From contig OX597821.1 in the NCBI GenBank assembly GCA_951406725.2, positions 59,892,001 to 59,956,000 on the forward strand: a stretch of DNA of 64,000 nt, read 5' to 3'. Positions within the stretch are counted from its first letter, which is position 1. Each line of letters begins with the position of its first letter. The DNA is from Octopus vulgaris. Taxonomy: Eukaryota. Below the pieces are notes generated by a model. The model saw only the letters and a program-made list of their open reading frames with translations, was not told the DNA's origin and searched no databases. This document shows positions 52,506 through 64,000 of this stretch, piece after piece. The position numbers and the translations under genes were made by a program.

Positions 52506-53847
52506 GTATTTATACATGATAATAACTTAATCATATTGTGTGAACTTTATTGTGCTTCGTTAGTCATGTGGTGCCCCATTCCATGGCAAAATTGTATTGC
52601 ATGAAACTGCTCTGAGGTGCAAAAAATGGTTAGGGACCACAGCAATCACTTCACAATCACCCCTAACTCCTTCTACAGCTACCGTTACTACTGTTAAAGG
52701 GGAAGACAACCACCGTTCTCTCTGGTGAGTCATTCATTTTTACTCTGACTCTCCATACAACACTCCCATCTTCCCTCGCCTCTGAAAGTAACAGGTCCCA
52801 CATGTATGTCAAGTTATTTTAAGTGAAGGCGCGCACACGCGGCGCATTGGTGTTTGTGTGGGCTGTGCTGTGTTTTGTTTATCTGTACTCCAGAGGGAAC
52901 AGAAATGTCAGCAATAGTTTTCAAATTCAAACTAAACTGAACTTGAATAACTTATCAAAGAAAAGAAAATAAAATGTTAAAAAATAATAAAAAAACAAAA
53001 CCCAGCAAATACATAAAAGAATCGATACTTCTATCAATGAATGGTAGGACGGTTGTATTTACTTTTCTTTTAGAAACTAGCGGCAGTTCAATATTGCTTT
53101 GGTTATATATATATATATATATATATATATGGATATGTGTGTGTGTGTGTGTGTGCGCGTGTATGCATACAGATAGATAGATTTTTAGATTGGTAGATAT
53201 ATACATAACATATATATTCATACATATACACATACATGCATATACATGTAACACACATACACACACACAAACATATACATACACAAACCAGAGATGGACC
53301 AAGAGAAAGAAAAAGAAATAAAGAGAATTAGAAGAGGGCAGAGAGAGAGCGAGAGGAGGAGGGAGGGAGAGAGGGAAAGAGGGAGAGAGAGAGAAAGAGA
53401 GTCAGGAAATAACTAAAAGCTATGATCCACTATTGGTAGGCAAGACCATTTTTTAAAGGTGTGTAGAAGTTGTTTCAATACATAATAGTGGAGACTAGTG
53501 AATATAACATACACACACACACAATGTATAGTTGAAGTTAATCTGTCCATGAATCAGAAGGATCTCTCCCCCACCCCCCATTGTTCAACTGTAGTATTAG
53601 TCTGAACAAGTAATGATGATGCTAAGTCAACTGCAAATGTTATTTCCCCGGAAAAAGCTTGATGCCAAGTCGCAATGGCAAGGAGATTTGAGGACAATTA
53701 AGTTAATTATTTCTTTCTTCATTCCATTCTCTCATTTATTTATTCCTCCAGTATGTAATCTAAAGAAGAAAAAGGCAAAGCAATGCAAACCTTCCCTGAG
53801 ACTTGTGGTGGCGGTGGACACAGTTGGTACTTTAACCTGGTACTTTA

Positions 53848-54079
53848 GGGCGGCGAGCTGGAAGAAACGTTAGCATGCCGGGCGAAATGCTTAGCGGTAT
53901 TTCGTCTGCCGTTACGTTCTGAGTTCAAATTCCGCCGAGGTTGACTTTGTCTTTCATCCTTTCGGGGTCGATAAATAAAGTACTAGTTACGCACTGGGGT
54001 CGATGTAATCGACTTAATACCTATGTCTGTCCTTGATTGTCCCCTCTATATTTAGCCCCTTGTGGGTAATAAAGAAATA
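53848..54079 (+). mobile_element. Young full-length SINE-B with 14-bp TSD
   Basis: GGTACTTTAACCTG at 53826-53839 and 54080-54093; B-box GAGTTCAAATTCC; many CpGs retained. Confidence 0.95.
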
Positions 54080-54184
54080 GGTACTTTAACCTGAATGATT
54101 TTTTTTTTAGGTTTAAATCTGTTTAAAGAAAGTCTGGGAAGGGTGGAACAAAACCTCAGGTGAAAGAAATTGGTCAAGTGATTA

Positions 54185-54480
54185 GTAGGTGCAGGTGTGA
54201 CTGCTTGGTAAGTTTTCTTCTCAAACACATGATTCTGGGTTCAGTTCCACTGAAGCCTTGAGAGTAGATTTGGTAGACAGAAACTGAAAGAAGCCTATTG
54301 TATGTGTGTACGTTTGTCCCCCATCACTGTTTGACAACCGATGTTGGGGTGTTCACATCCCTGCAACTTAGTGGTACCTCCAAAGGTACCAATAGAATAA
54401 GTACCAGGTTTGATTTGTTCGACTAAATTTCTTCAAAGTGGTGCCCCAGCATGACCAGTCAAATGACTCAAACACACAAA
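54185..54480 (+). mobile_element. SINE-A with internal deletion
   Basis: B-box joined directly to AAGCCTTGAGAGTAGATTTGG; tail present. Confidence 0.85.
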
Positions 54481-54638
54481 AGAATAGTATGGAGTTGTGG
54501 TAGAGGTGGCAAACATAATAGTTAGGGGTACATAGCACAAATGTTGAAAGGCCTGGTTGGAGGCCCAACACACATATTTGTTTAGTGTTGGTGTCCAGAA
54601 AAAGAGTGCTCAATATCACAGCAGAGATTAATATATTT

Positions 54639-54766
54639 TATTTTGGCCAAGTCAGTGTCTTGCTATTCTGAGTTCTGCCTGTGGGTGCACGGTCACAACT
54701 TGCCTGGGGACCATGTGCAATCACAGGGGAAACTCAGAATAGCATGAGACTGATGCAACCAAAATA
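54639..54766. repeat. ~128-nt imperfect fold-back (MITE or pre-miRNA-like hairpin)
   Basis: Arms of ~56 nt including a perfect TGCTATTCTGAGTT/AACTCAGAATAGCA; loop ~14 nt; TA ends. Confidence 0.8.
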
Positions 54767-54799
54767 ATAGATAGGCAGACAGATGTAGACATACACATG

Positions 54800-55150
54800 T
54801 ATAACAGGCTTCCACACAGTTTCCATCAACCAAATTCAATTACGAGTAAGTTCACCGTGAAAGAAGTTCACTGCATAGAAGTTCACCATGAAGAAGATTC
54901 ATCGTGAGGAAAGTTTACCAGGAAAATATATCCATAGCATCTCACCATTAACAGTTAAAAACTATTTTACTGGGGCGGGGGGGAACAGTGAATTGATGAT
55001 GGTGAACTTACTGGACATGACCATATTCACTCACAAGGCATTGGTTGGCCCAGGGCTATAGCTGAAGACACTTGCCCAAGGTACTGTATACTAGGACTGA
55101 ACCCCACACCCTATGATTGGCAAAGTGACTTCTTAATCATTCAGCTATGT
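54800..55150 (-). mobile_element. SINE-A head interrupted by a MITE-like insert (54841-55022)
   Basis: CCAAATTCA|...|TTCACTCACAAGGC split; the insert has AGTAAGTTCACC/GGTGAACTTACT inverted ends. Confidence 0.7.
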
Positions 55151-55379
55151 TAAATGTTAGCTAAAATATTTATAACGTAAATAAGCTGCTCCATTTCACA
55201 TATGTGAAGAATACTCTGATGTGGATCAGATTTGCACCTTGTATCATAAAATCAACTATTGTTGAGCAATGAAGCGTTTTGTCTGAACCTCATCTAACCC
55301 CAGAAAAAACAAACTTTGTTGATTAATCTTTGGCTATGTTATTGATATGGAATATTGCTAGCTATAGAATTTCTCAATT

Positions 55380-55770
55380 TGTAGCTGGCCATGTGATTAA
55401 GAAGCTTGCTGCCCAACTATGGGGTCATAGGCTCAGTCTTGCTGCGTGGCACCTGGAACAGGTGCTTCCTATAATAAAAAAAACCTTGCGAGTTGATTTG
55501 GTAGACAGAAGCTAAAAGTAGCCTTTCATGTGTGTGTGTGTTTGTCTTAACATTATCTGATAGTTTTTAATGTGTGTCACTGTCATACAAGCAGTGTCAA
55601 TCATTTCCATTAATTCTGTGGAAACTCATCTGGCAATGTGGAAATATTACCTTTTTTGGAAATAGGTAAAGGTTGGTAACAGCAAGGGCATCCAGCTGTA
55701 GAAAATCTGCTTCAATAAACTCCATCTGGCCCACACAAGTATGACAAAGAGGACGTTAAAATGATGATCT
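55380..55770 (+). mobile_element. SINE-A2, full length
   Basis: SINE-A head, (TG)n, and A2 tail ending GGACGTTAAAATGATGAT. Confidence 0.85.
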
Positions 55771-56218
55771 CATGGACCCTTTTGAATGAGATTAGCTTAT
55801 CATCTTCCTATTTTGGAAAATGTTTTCAAGGTCTCTATTCAACAGCAGTACATGTTTCGAGTGATGGTGTCTATCTATCTCAGTAGCTTATCAATGATAG
55901 GCTGTGTGGGAGAGGTTACACAGTAGTGAAGAGTGATATCATACGTAGAGGAAAGTGTAAAATTAGAAGCGACAGTGAAAAATTTATTTATAAATAGAAA
56001 GAACAGTGTAGGTGTCGTAAACTAACCAAACCTTAAACTGCACTAAGTGTTAAGAAAATGTGGGTTGAAGGGAGTTCCGTTGACACAGACATATGTGTTG
56101 TGATGCTGGTCTCCCAAGACATTGCTGATTCCAAACTGAGAGATAGGTGAGCTGTAACTAGACAACTTTCCAGAAGATTCTTGTGTTGTCCTGTTAATGA
56201 TATCCATGTGTGTATATA

Positions 56219-56437
56219 TAAGAAGGGGGTGCTGACAAGTTCCTGGCTTTGGGTAAAAGAAAAAAAAAGGAGGAGCAGTTAATTATGATTTTATTCAACC
56301 TATTCCCCTCTCAGATTTACACAGTTATTGCATTGGTCCTCCAGTTTTTCTAAGCCCTGTGAAAAAACTCAAAAGGTTGGGCCTCCAACCCTTTCGTGAC
56401 ACCCTTAAAGCCAGGAACTTTTCATCACCCCCTCATA
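56219..56437 (-). mobile_element. Mariner-derived MITE with ~28-bp TIRs and TA ends
   Basis: AGGGGGTGCTGACAAGTTCCTGGCTTT ... AAAGCCAGGAACTTTTCATCACCCCCT. Confidence 0.85.
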
Positions 56438-56444
56438 GGCAATT

Positions 56445-56665
56445 CATACACACACACACACAATATACAGACATAGACATATTTAGACATATGTTCACAG
56501 GCACATATAAAGACATACATACACATGTACATTGATACACACACATACACATGCACAAACGCATATATGCAAGCACAGACACACACAAGTACATGCACAT
56601 TTTCACATACACAGTTACATACACACTCATATATACATGCATACTGACACACACATGCATACATT
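56445..56665. repeat. Degenerate (CA/TA)n microsatellite
   Basis: Directly visible; source of the Cys/Val/Tyr-rich ORFs. Confidence 0.85.
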
Positions 56666-56998
56666 TTCACTAACTCCTTAGCTGGAAATGGCTACATACT
56701 TTAAAACTAGTATTAAATGTACTCTTCTTTTGTTATAGTAACCCTGCACAGCTGCTGCTATTACTCTTACCACACTACGTGCGTGTGTGTTTTTATCCAA
56801 TAAAAGTTGAAGGCTAAAGACCTGTTTGCAGTGAAATGACTACAATTTCCCACTGTCCTCATAAATTCCACTTTTTCACACACACACACACACACACAAC
56901 ATTATGGCCTTCACTCCGAATTGACAATAACTTAGTTATCAATACACACAATGCTTTTACTAATGTTTGTTCTTTTAGATACCCATCTAAAAGTCAGT

Positions 56999-57810
56999 GG
57001 AGGTGCATGGCTTAGTAGTTAGAGTGTTGGACTTGTGATGGTAAGATTGTGGTTTCAATTCCTGGACCAGGCAATGTGTTGTGTTCTTAAGCAAAACACT
57101 TCATTTCATGTTGCTCCAGTCCACTCAGCTGGCAAAAATGAGTAATCCTACGATGGATCGGTGTCCTGTCCAGGGAGGAATATATGGGTCAGAGAAATCT
57201 GGAAACCAACCCTATGTTCCTTAAAAGAAGTAGTCTGTGTGGTAAGAAGCTTGCTTCCTGACCACATGTTCTGGGTTCAGTCCCACTATGTGGCACCTTG
57301 GGCTGACCAAAGCCTTGTGAGTGGATTTGGTAGACAGAAACTGAAAGAAGCCCATAGTATATCTATCTATCTATATAAATATATATATGTGTGTGTGTGT
57401 GTGTCTTTGTGTCTGTTTGTCCCCCACCATCACTTGAGACGGGATATTAGTGTGTTTACGTTCCCATAACTTAGCGGTTCGGCAAAAGAGCCCGATAGAA
57501 TAAGTACCAGGCTTATAAAGAATACATATCCTGGGTTTGATTTCTTCGACTAAAAGGCGGTACTCCAGCATGGCTGCAGTCAAACGACAAACAAACAAAA
57601 AAATTAACCATTCCAAAATGAGCAGATACATATACCCTCACACCCCTCTTACACTTGACTGGCACTTGGGTACTTGATTTTATTTATCATGGGAGCATGA
57701 AAGGCAAAGTGGATCTTTGCGAGATTTGAACTCAGTATGTAAAGAGTGAGAAAAAATGCTACACAGGGCATATTTTTGACTGATGCTCTAACAATTCTGC
57801 CAAATCACCT
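56999..57810. mobile_element. SINE-D (+, 56999-57220), SINE-A (+, 57230-57600), decayed SINE-B (-, 57650-57810)
   Basis: Family motifs as defined above. Confidence 0.85.
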
Positions 57811-58699
57811 CCATGGTTGATGGTATATGGTTCACTAAATGCAACTGCAGACAATGAATGCATCCGTAATTCTTAAACAAAAGCCTGGCACTGTTTCAGT
57901 CTGGCAAGCATCAGAGATCCTGTGGTGTTTTGCCTGCAAGTTGTACAGATTTTTTATTTATTTTTTTTTATTTATCTAAATGTTTCCCTGTCTTTTTTGC
58001 TTTTCTTGTGAAGATAAATAGAGAAAATGAGGGAGAGAGAGAGAGAGAGATGAAAGAGACTGAGAACAACAGAAGACAGTTTAAGGGAGAGTGAAAGATA
58101 CAAGAGATAGAGAAGGACAGAAGGTTAAGTGAGCAAGACAAAAAAAAGGAAAGGGGGGGAGAATAGAAACAGAGACAGAAAGATATGGGGAGGGGAGGGA
58201 TAGTTGCAGGGAGGAGAGGCTGGGGGTGTAATTTAAAAAAAAAAAAATCCAGATAGAAATCAAAACGAAATAAAAGAATAATGAAGAGTACAACCCAAGG
58301 AAAGAAAAAAAAAAAAACCAACATGAAAAAAAAAAAAACAGGAGGAAAAGATAGTGTAACTGAGGGGAGGGGAATATATATACATGATGCAGAAAGATTT
58401 GAATTTCAGACAGATGCCAGTGGGTGAATGTAAAGCCGGGGGGGGGGGGGGGGGAAGAGGATTGAAAATGATAAAAAAAAATAAAAAAAGAAATAAATGA
58501 AAAGGAAAAGAAAGGAAAAGGAGGTATGTTAGTTTGTAGAAGGGAGAAGAGATATCTTATGTTTCAAGCAGAGTGTAAAATGTAATGTCCTATTTTTCAA
58601 CCTTCAGAAAATCTTAATTAACTCTATCAAAGGGAAAACAAACAAATAAATAAAAATAAGTAAATGAAATAAATAAATAAAATTAAATCCCCCTCCTTC

Positions 58700-58766
58700 T
58701 GTATATATATAATTTATATATATACAGATCTCTGTATTTGTGTGTGTGTATATATAAATATATATT

Positions 58767-58798
<32 letters not shown>

Positions 58799-59329
58799 CA
58801 TATATATACATACATATATATATAAATAAATATATATATACATACATACATATATATATAAATAAACATATATATACATACATATATATATAAATAAATA
58901 TATATATACATACATACATATATATATAAATATATATATATATACATACATACATATATAAATATATATATACATACATACATACATAAATATATATATA
59001 CATACATACATACATAAATATATATATACATACATACATACATAAATATATATATACATACATACATACATAAATATATATATACATACATAAATATATA
59101 TATACATACATACATACATAAATATATATATACATACATACATATATAAATATATATATACATACATACATATATAAATATATATATACATACATATATA
59201 TATAAATATATATATACATACATACATATATAAATATATATATACATACATACATATATAAATATATATATACATACATATATATATAAATATATATATA
59301 CATACATATATATATAAATATATATATAC

Positions 59330-59384
<55 letters not shown>

Positions 59385-59582
59385 CATATATAAATAAATA
59401 TATATATACATACATATATAAATAAATATATATATACATACATATATAAATAAATACATACATAAATACATACATACATATATACATACATATATAAATA
59501 AATATATACATACATATATAAATAAATACATACATACATATATAAATAAATATATACATACATATATAAATAAATATATATA

Positions 59583-59650
<68 letters not shown>

Positions 59651-59780
59651 TACATAGATAGATCTCTGTATTTGTGTGTGTATATATATATGTATGTATG
59701 TGTGTATATATATATATGTGTGTGTGTGTGTGCATGTATATGTGTATATATATATATATACATACATACACACACACGCA
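58700..59780. repeat. ~1.1-kb compound TA/TACA/TAAA micro-/minisatellite
   Basis: Unit approximately TAAA(TA)n(CATA)n, 20-30 bp; gives three stop-free minus frames. Confidence 0.95.
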
Positions 59781-59946
59781 TGGTGGCTGAATACTTTAGA
59801 ATGTAGTGTATAGTTAAGCTGTTTTCTTCAATCCTTCAAGGTCGTTCATATTATGACTGTGTCTCTCACACGTTTGCTATACACACAATACATCAACTGA
59901 AAAGAAAATCAGTTTTTCTTTCAAATTGAAATAGGCTTAGGCTTAC

Positions 59947-59994
59947 AGGTGGAAGAAAACCACGTTGAAAAGGATGTTTAGCGAGCTTCGACAT
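59947..59994 (-). other. Candidate short first coding exon MSKLAKHPFQRGFLPP, phase-0 donor CCT|GTAAGC
   Basis: ATG at 59994, 16 codons, GTAAG donor at 59946; local CpG retention. No homologue recognised. Confidence 0.2.
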
Positions 59995-60334
59995 TTAAGA
60001 GATACTGGGAAATTTTTAATAAATATATTGGCTTCCTAAAAATATAAGTCATCTGAGGAGATATTTCGATTTTCAAGGAAAATTAAGAGAAAACAGGAAA
60101 AATAGACTAATTGAAATATCATAGGGATCAACATTTCTGAGTAATTTAAGAAAAAAAAAGAAGAAAAAATTGAAGAAACAGAAAGCATATAAGTATCGAG
60201 CGTTTTCTAATTACTTTTCTTGAGAATAAAAGTGGAAAATATTATACAATTATTTTTTAAAAAAGTAATTAAAAAAAAATCTTTGGAAATGTTAATGGAA
60301 TGGAGAAACTTTTAAGAGACTGTTTATCAAAATA

Positions 60335-60460
60335 TCATCATCATCATCATCCCCATCACTATCACATCTTTCATCATCACCATCAACATCAGCTTCATCA
60401 TTATCTTTGTCATCACCATCACCATCATCATCATCATCATCATCACTACCACCATCACCA
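60335..60460. repeat. (CAT/CAC)n trinucleotide repeat
   Basis: Directly visible. Confidence 0.9.
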
Positions 60461-60822
60461 GTTTTAACAAGCTTTTTACCCCATGTCTACCATATTGTGA
60501 TTCCTCTCAATCCCTTCTTATTTCATACACAGGGCCCAACATTTTGAGATCTGATCTCACCACCTTTCCCCCATATATTCCTCTGCCACAAATATTCTCC
60601 TCTTACAATACAATACGTTTCTCACCCACCGCTCCTCTGTGTACAGCACATAAATGTCTCTCCTGTTACTTCAAACTAATAATACAGGTTAAGACTAGCT
60701 TCAGTAAGATTCAACTACTTTCAAAACTTGGCAATTGTCCTTCTCTGATGTATTTCATTTGATTTTATAACATGATACTTCTGCACAAGATATTGGAGGC
60801 TAACATCTCCATGTGTTATCTA

Positions 60823-61199
60823 CAAAGGTTCTCAACAGGGGCCATTTGGAGCTTGAGGGGGGGGTCATTTTGGAGCAAAGGGGCTCTCTTGCACCAAAGA
60901 GCACTCTTTCGATAGACAACACATTAATCTCATAAGTGTTGTGTGGTGGAAATAAACGCAGTTACCAAACTTTCAATTCATTATTTCATTTCTTTTTTTG
61001 TATTTCAATTTGTACATATGTACTCCCAACTGTGTACAAGCACATGTGTAAAACAATGTCCTTTATTTTTTAATCATTGTTTGCTGATATCAAAATAAGT
61101 AGTATATTGAAAAATAAAAACATTTTCGGTGGGGGGAGGGCATTTGTGACTCCAAGGGTCAAAAGAGGACCTTTGGCCAAAATGGGTTGAGAACCTTTG
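60823..61199. mobile_element. hAT (Charlie-like) MITE with perfect 14-bp TIRs
   Basis: CAAAGGTTCTCAAC ... GTTGAGAACCTTTG; an 8-bp TSD is not clearly preserved. Confidence 0.75.
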
Positions 61200-61519
61200 G
61201 TTTATACAATGAGTCTATAAAGTCCCTACTTATTTTGACAGAAACAGTTATATAGTATGCAACACATTCTGATTACTTTTGTTAAGAACAAATGTTTCCC
61301 TTTTTGAAATCCTTAGAATGGATATAGAGTATTGCATAGCAGTACTGGGCAATCACTCTAAACAAAGATAGCAAAAAGCAATGACATCAAAAATAATTTT
61401 GAAAGGACTTTTAGTAAAGTATCACAAGCAAATAAGAAAATACATGTATGTATGTGCGTGTGCCTGTGTCTATATATGTATCCATATCTACACATCACCT
61501 GAGGGTTTTAAATGAGCAT

Positions 61520-62020
61520 AACCATCATACAGGTGATATTGTTCATTTCCAGTCTTCCATGGAAAACATGTCTGGCTATGGGAAAATATTACCTTGCATT
61601 GGGGCCTGACACAGCTCAGTGCATTGGACCCTCTCAAACTGTCCAGCATGTAAAATGGATGTTAAATAGTGTTAAATTTTGGCACAAAACCAGGGAGTCC
61701 TGGGGAAGGGGCTAGCCAATTACATCAACCCCAGGGCACAACTGGTACTTATTTAATCGACCCCGAAAGGATGAAAGACAAAGTCAACGATGGCAGAATC
61801 TGAACTCAAGATATAAAGATGGATGAATTGTCACTAAGTATTTCACCTGGCATTCTAATGATTCTGTCAGCTTGCTACCTTAAAATGGAAGTTAAATTAT
61901 AACAATAGGTGAGGATTGGAAACAGGAAGGGTATCTGGTTGTAGAAAATCTGCCTCAATAAAGTCCATCTGACCCAAGCAAGTATGGAAAAATGGACATC
62001 AAAACTGATAATGCTGATGA
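61520..62020. mobile_element. SINE-A2 tails (+) flanking a SINE-B (-, 61670-61880)
   Basis: Family motifs as defined above. Confidence 0.8.
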
Positions 62021-62367
62021 AGTCTATGAAACAAGGATTACGTTTCTGGATGACTAATGTGAACATTTAAAAACTGCTACAGATAATATAACAAACACTA
62101 CAAATGTTTTAGGATGAGGTTAGAAACTGTGCTAAAAAAATATTTGAGCTACTGATGTCTCCTCTTGAAACTTGAAGTTGTTATGAATCTTTCATGACAT
62201 ATTTAAAATTTTAAATAATTTCAGTGTGTTTCATTGAAATAGATAGCGACACAAATAGAATTGCAGCTCAAATACACAATAATAACTTCTTAAAGGGAAC
62301 AAATTATGCAAAGAATTTTTTTTTTGCAAGCATGAAAAATTAAAGGATTAAAAAAATAAATGAAATA

Positions 62368-62650
62368 CAGGCATGGCTTTGTGGTTCAGGAGCTTGTTTT
62401 GCAATCTTGTGGTTTTAGGTTCAGTTCCACTACACAGCACAAGGGGCAAATGTCTTGTACTATAGTTCCAGGTCACCCACTGCTTATGAGTGAATTTAGT
62501 AGATGGAAACTGTGTGAAACTCTACTTTGAGTGTGTCTGTGTGTGTGTGTGCACACGTGTGCATCTTTGTGTTTCCCCACTTGATGACCAGTGTTGGTTT
62601 GTTTGCATCCTCATAACTTAGCAGTTCAGCAAAAGATAACAATAGAATAG
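62368..62650 (+). mobile_element. SINE-A, 3'-truncated
   Basis: GGCATGGCTTTGTGG head through ATAACTTAGCAGTTCAGCAAAAG. Confidence 0.8.
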
Positions 62651-62654
62651 AATG

Positions 62655-63068
62655 ATTTCAAATTTTGGCACAAGGCCAGGAATTTCAGGGCAGTGGGTAT
62701 GTCGATTACACTGACCCCAGTACTCAACTGGTACGTATTTCATCAACATCAAAAGGATGAAAGGCAAAGTAGACCTTGGCAGAATTTGAACTCTGAACAC
62801 AAAGACTGACAAAATGCTGCTAAGCCTTTTGCATGGCGTGCTAACAATTCTGCCAGCCTTAATGATAATAATAATAATAATCCTTTCCACTATAGGCACA
62901 AGGCAGTCGATTACATTGACCCAGTATATTACTGGTACTTGATTATCAACCCTGAAAGGATGAAACGCAAAGTTGTCCTCGGCGGAATTTGAACTCAGAA
63001 CGTAAAGACAGACAAAAAACCGCTAAGCATTTCACCTGGCGTGCTAACGTTTCTGCCAGCTCACTATC

Positions 63069-63106
<38 letters not shown>

Positions 63107-63358
63107 CCTTTCTACTATAGGCACAAAGCCTGGAATTTGAGGGAAGGGGGATAGTTGATCACATTGATCCCAGTGTTTCACTGGTACTTAATTTATCAAC
63201 CCTGAAAGGATGAAAGGCAAAGTTGACTTTAGTGAAATTTGAACTCAGAATCTGAAGCGAGATGAAATGCCACTAAGCATTTTGCTCAGCATGCTAACAA
63301 TTCTGCCAGCTCATGCCTTAATAATAATAATAATAATGATAATAATAATAATAATAAA
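62655..63358 (-). mobile_element. Three head-to-tail SINE-B copies separated by (AAT)n
   Basis: Copies at ~62655-62860, 62880-63070 and 63105-63320. Confidence 0.9.
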
Positions 63359-64000
63359 AGCGGCATGTGTTCTTGTAGTTAGTAGCATATGGTCCTACAT
63401 CAGAAAATCCATTAGATATATACTGAAACCAATGTTTTCTATCACCAAAAACCTGTCAAAATTACTCATTGTATTTACTGGCTGTTGTCAACCAATCTCA
63501 ATATACAACACAGAAAATTTCAATAAAAAATAATTCAGCCAAGTTACAAAACAGATTAGCAAGTAGCTTTTGTATCAACTAGTACTGGTGGTAGTAGTAG
63601 TAGTAATAATTGTAGTAGTAATTGTAGTAGTAGCGGCAGTTGCTGTTGTTGGTTGGCATTAGGCCATCACTGATTGATCAGACCTATGATTAAAAGCTCT
63701 CCAGTCACGATCAATCATTCTCTCTTTTGTATGCTCTGGAGTACATTGTCTCATGTCTCCTTTTTCATTTTTTCTAAGCAGCCAAATCTCCTTGAACTTC
63801 CACCCAATAGGGTTGAAGATTTGGCTGCTATTTCTAACAGATCATACAACTTCACAGAGGCTGTTTTGTTGGTTTAAGAAGTGGTTGTTGAGTGTTTTCA
63901 ACAAAAAAGGCAGCAGGGTATGAACCTTCTAAAGATGCACTTTTAAGTTGATTGCATACAATCGACTGTTTTTGTAGCAAAAATTATATCCGTTGTTTTT

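Noticed and set aside
13377-57300. tRNA-like A/B boxes
   Set aside because: They are SINE heads without a complete cloverleaf; no tRNA gene is called.
58683-59781. Three 335-364 aa minus-strand ORFs
   Set aside because: Translation of a TA/TACA/TAAA satellite that lacks stop codons on that strand; composition is almost only Y/I/M/C/V.
60335-60460. His-rich peptide
   Set aside because: (CAT)n microsatellite with no convincing start or splice context.
62015-62033. CTGATGAAGTCTATGAAAC
   Set aside because: No stem II; part of a SINE-A2 (ATG)n tail.
62655-63358. Repeat-spacer-like array (CRISPR-like)
   Set aside because: Units are ~200-bp SINEs with (AAT)n linkers; no unique spacers or cas genes.

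Overview
This is AT-rich eukaryotic DNA, dense in microsatellites and interspersed repeats. The SINE families match those I recognise from octopus (coleoid cephalopod) genomes; this assignment is an inference, not a database result. No complete protein-coding gene is supported, and most ORFs in the track are simple-repeat or SINE artefacts. The window looks like intronic or 5' regulatory DNA of a large gene, probably on the minus strand. Two CpG-retaining, nearly TE-free islands (~2.4-8.3 kb and ~29.2-32.5 kb) and a small third one (~59.8-60.2 kb) each hold candidate minus-strand first exons with GT donors. The remainder is CpG-depleted and contains tRNA-derived SINEs with swappable heads and tails, a near full-length decayed mariner, a pogo-like relic, RTE-clade LINE remnants and many MITEs (TTAA, TA and hAT types). 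The most unusual object is a 340-bp TSD-flanked fold-back insertion (33351-33690) carrying two inverted hammerhead-ribozyme-like cores of the Penelope-like pLTR type, with other decayed hammerhead-like motifs elsewhere. Several long hairpins could be dsRNA, ADAR or small-RNA substrates. Family names SINE-A, A2, B, C, D and F are my own working labels. Repeat boundaries are approximate unless a TSD is quoted.
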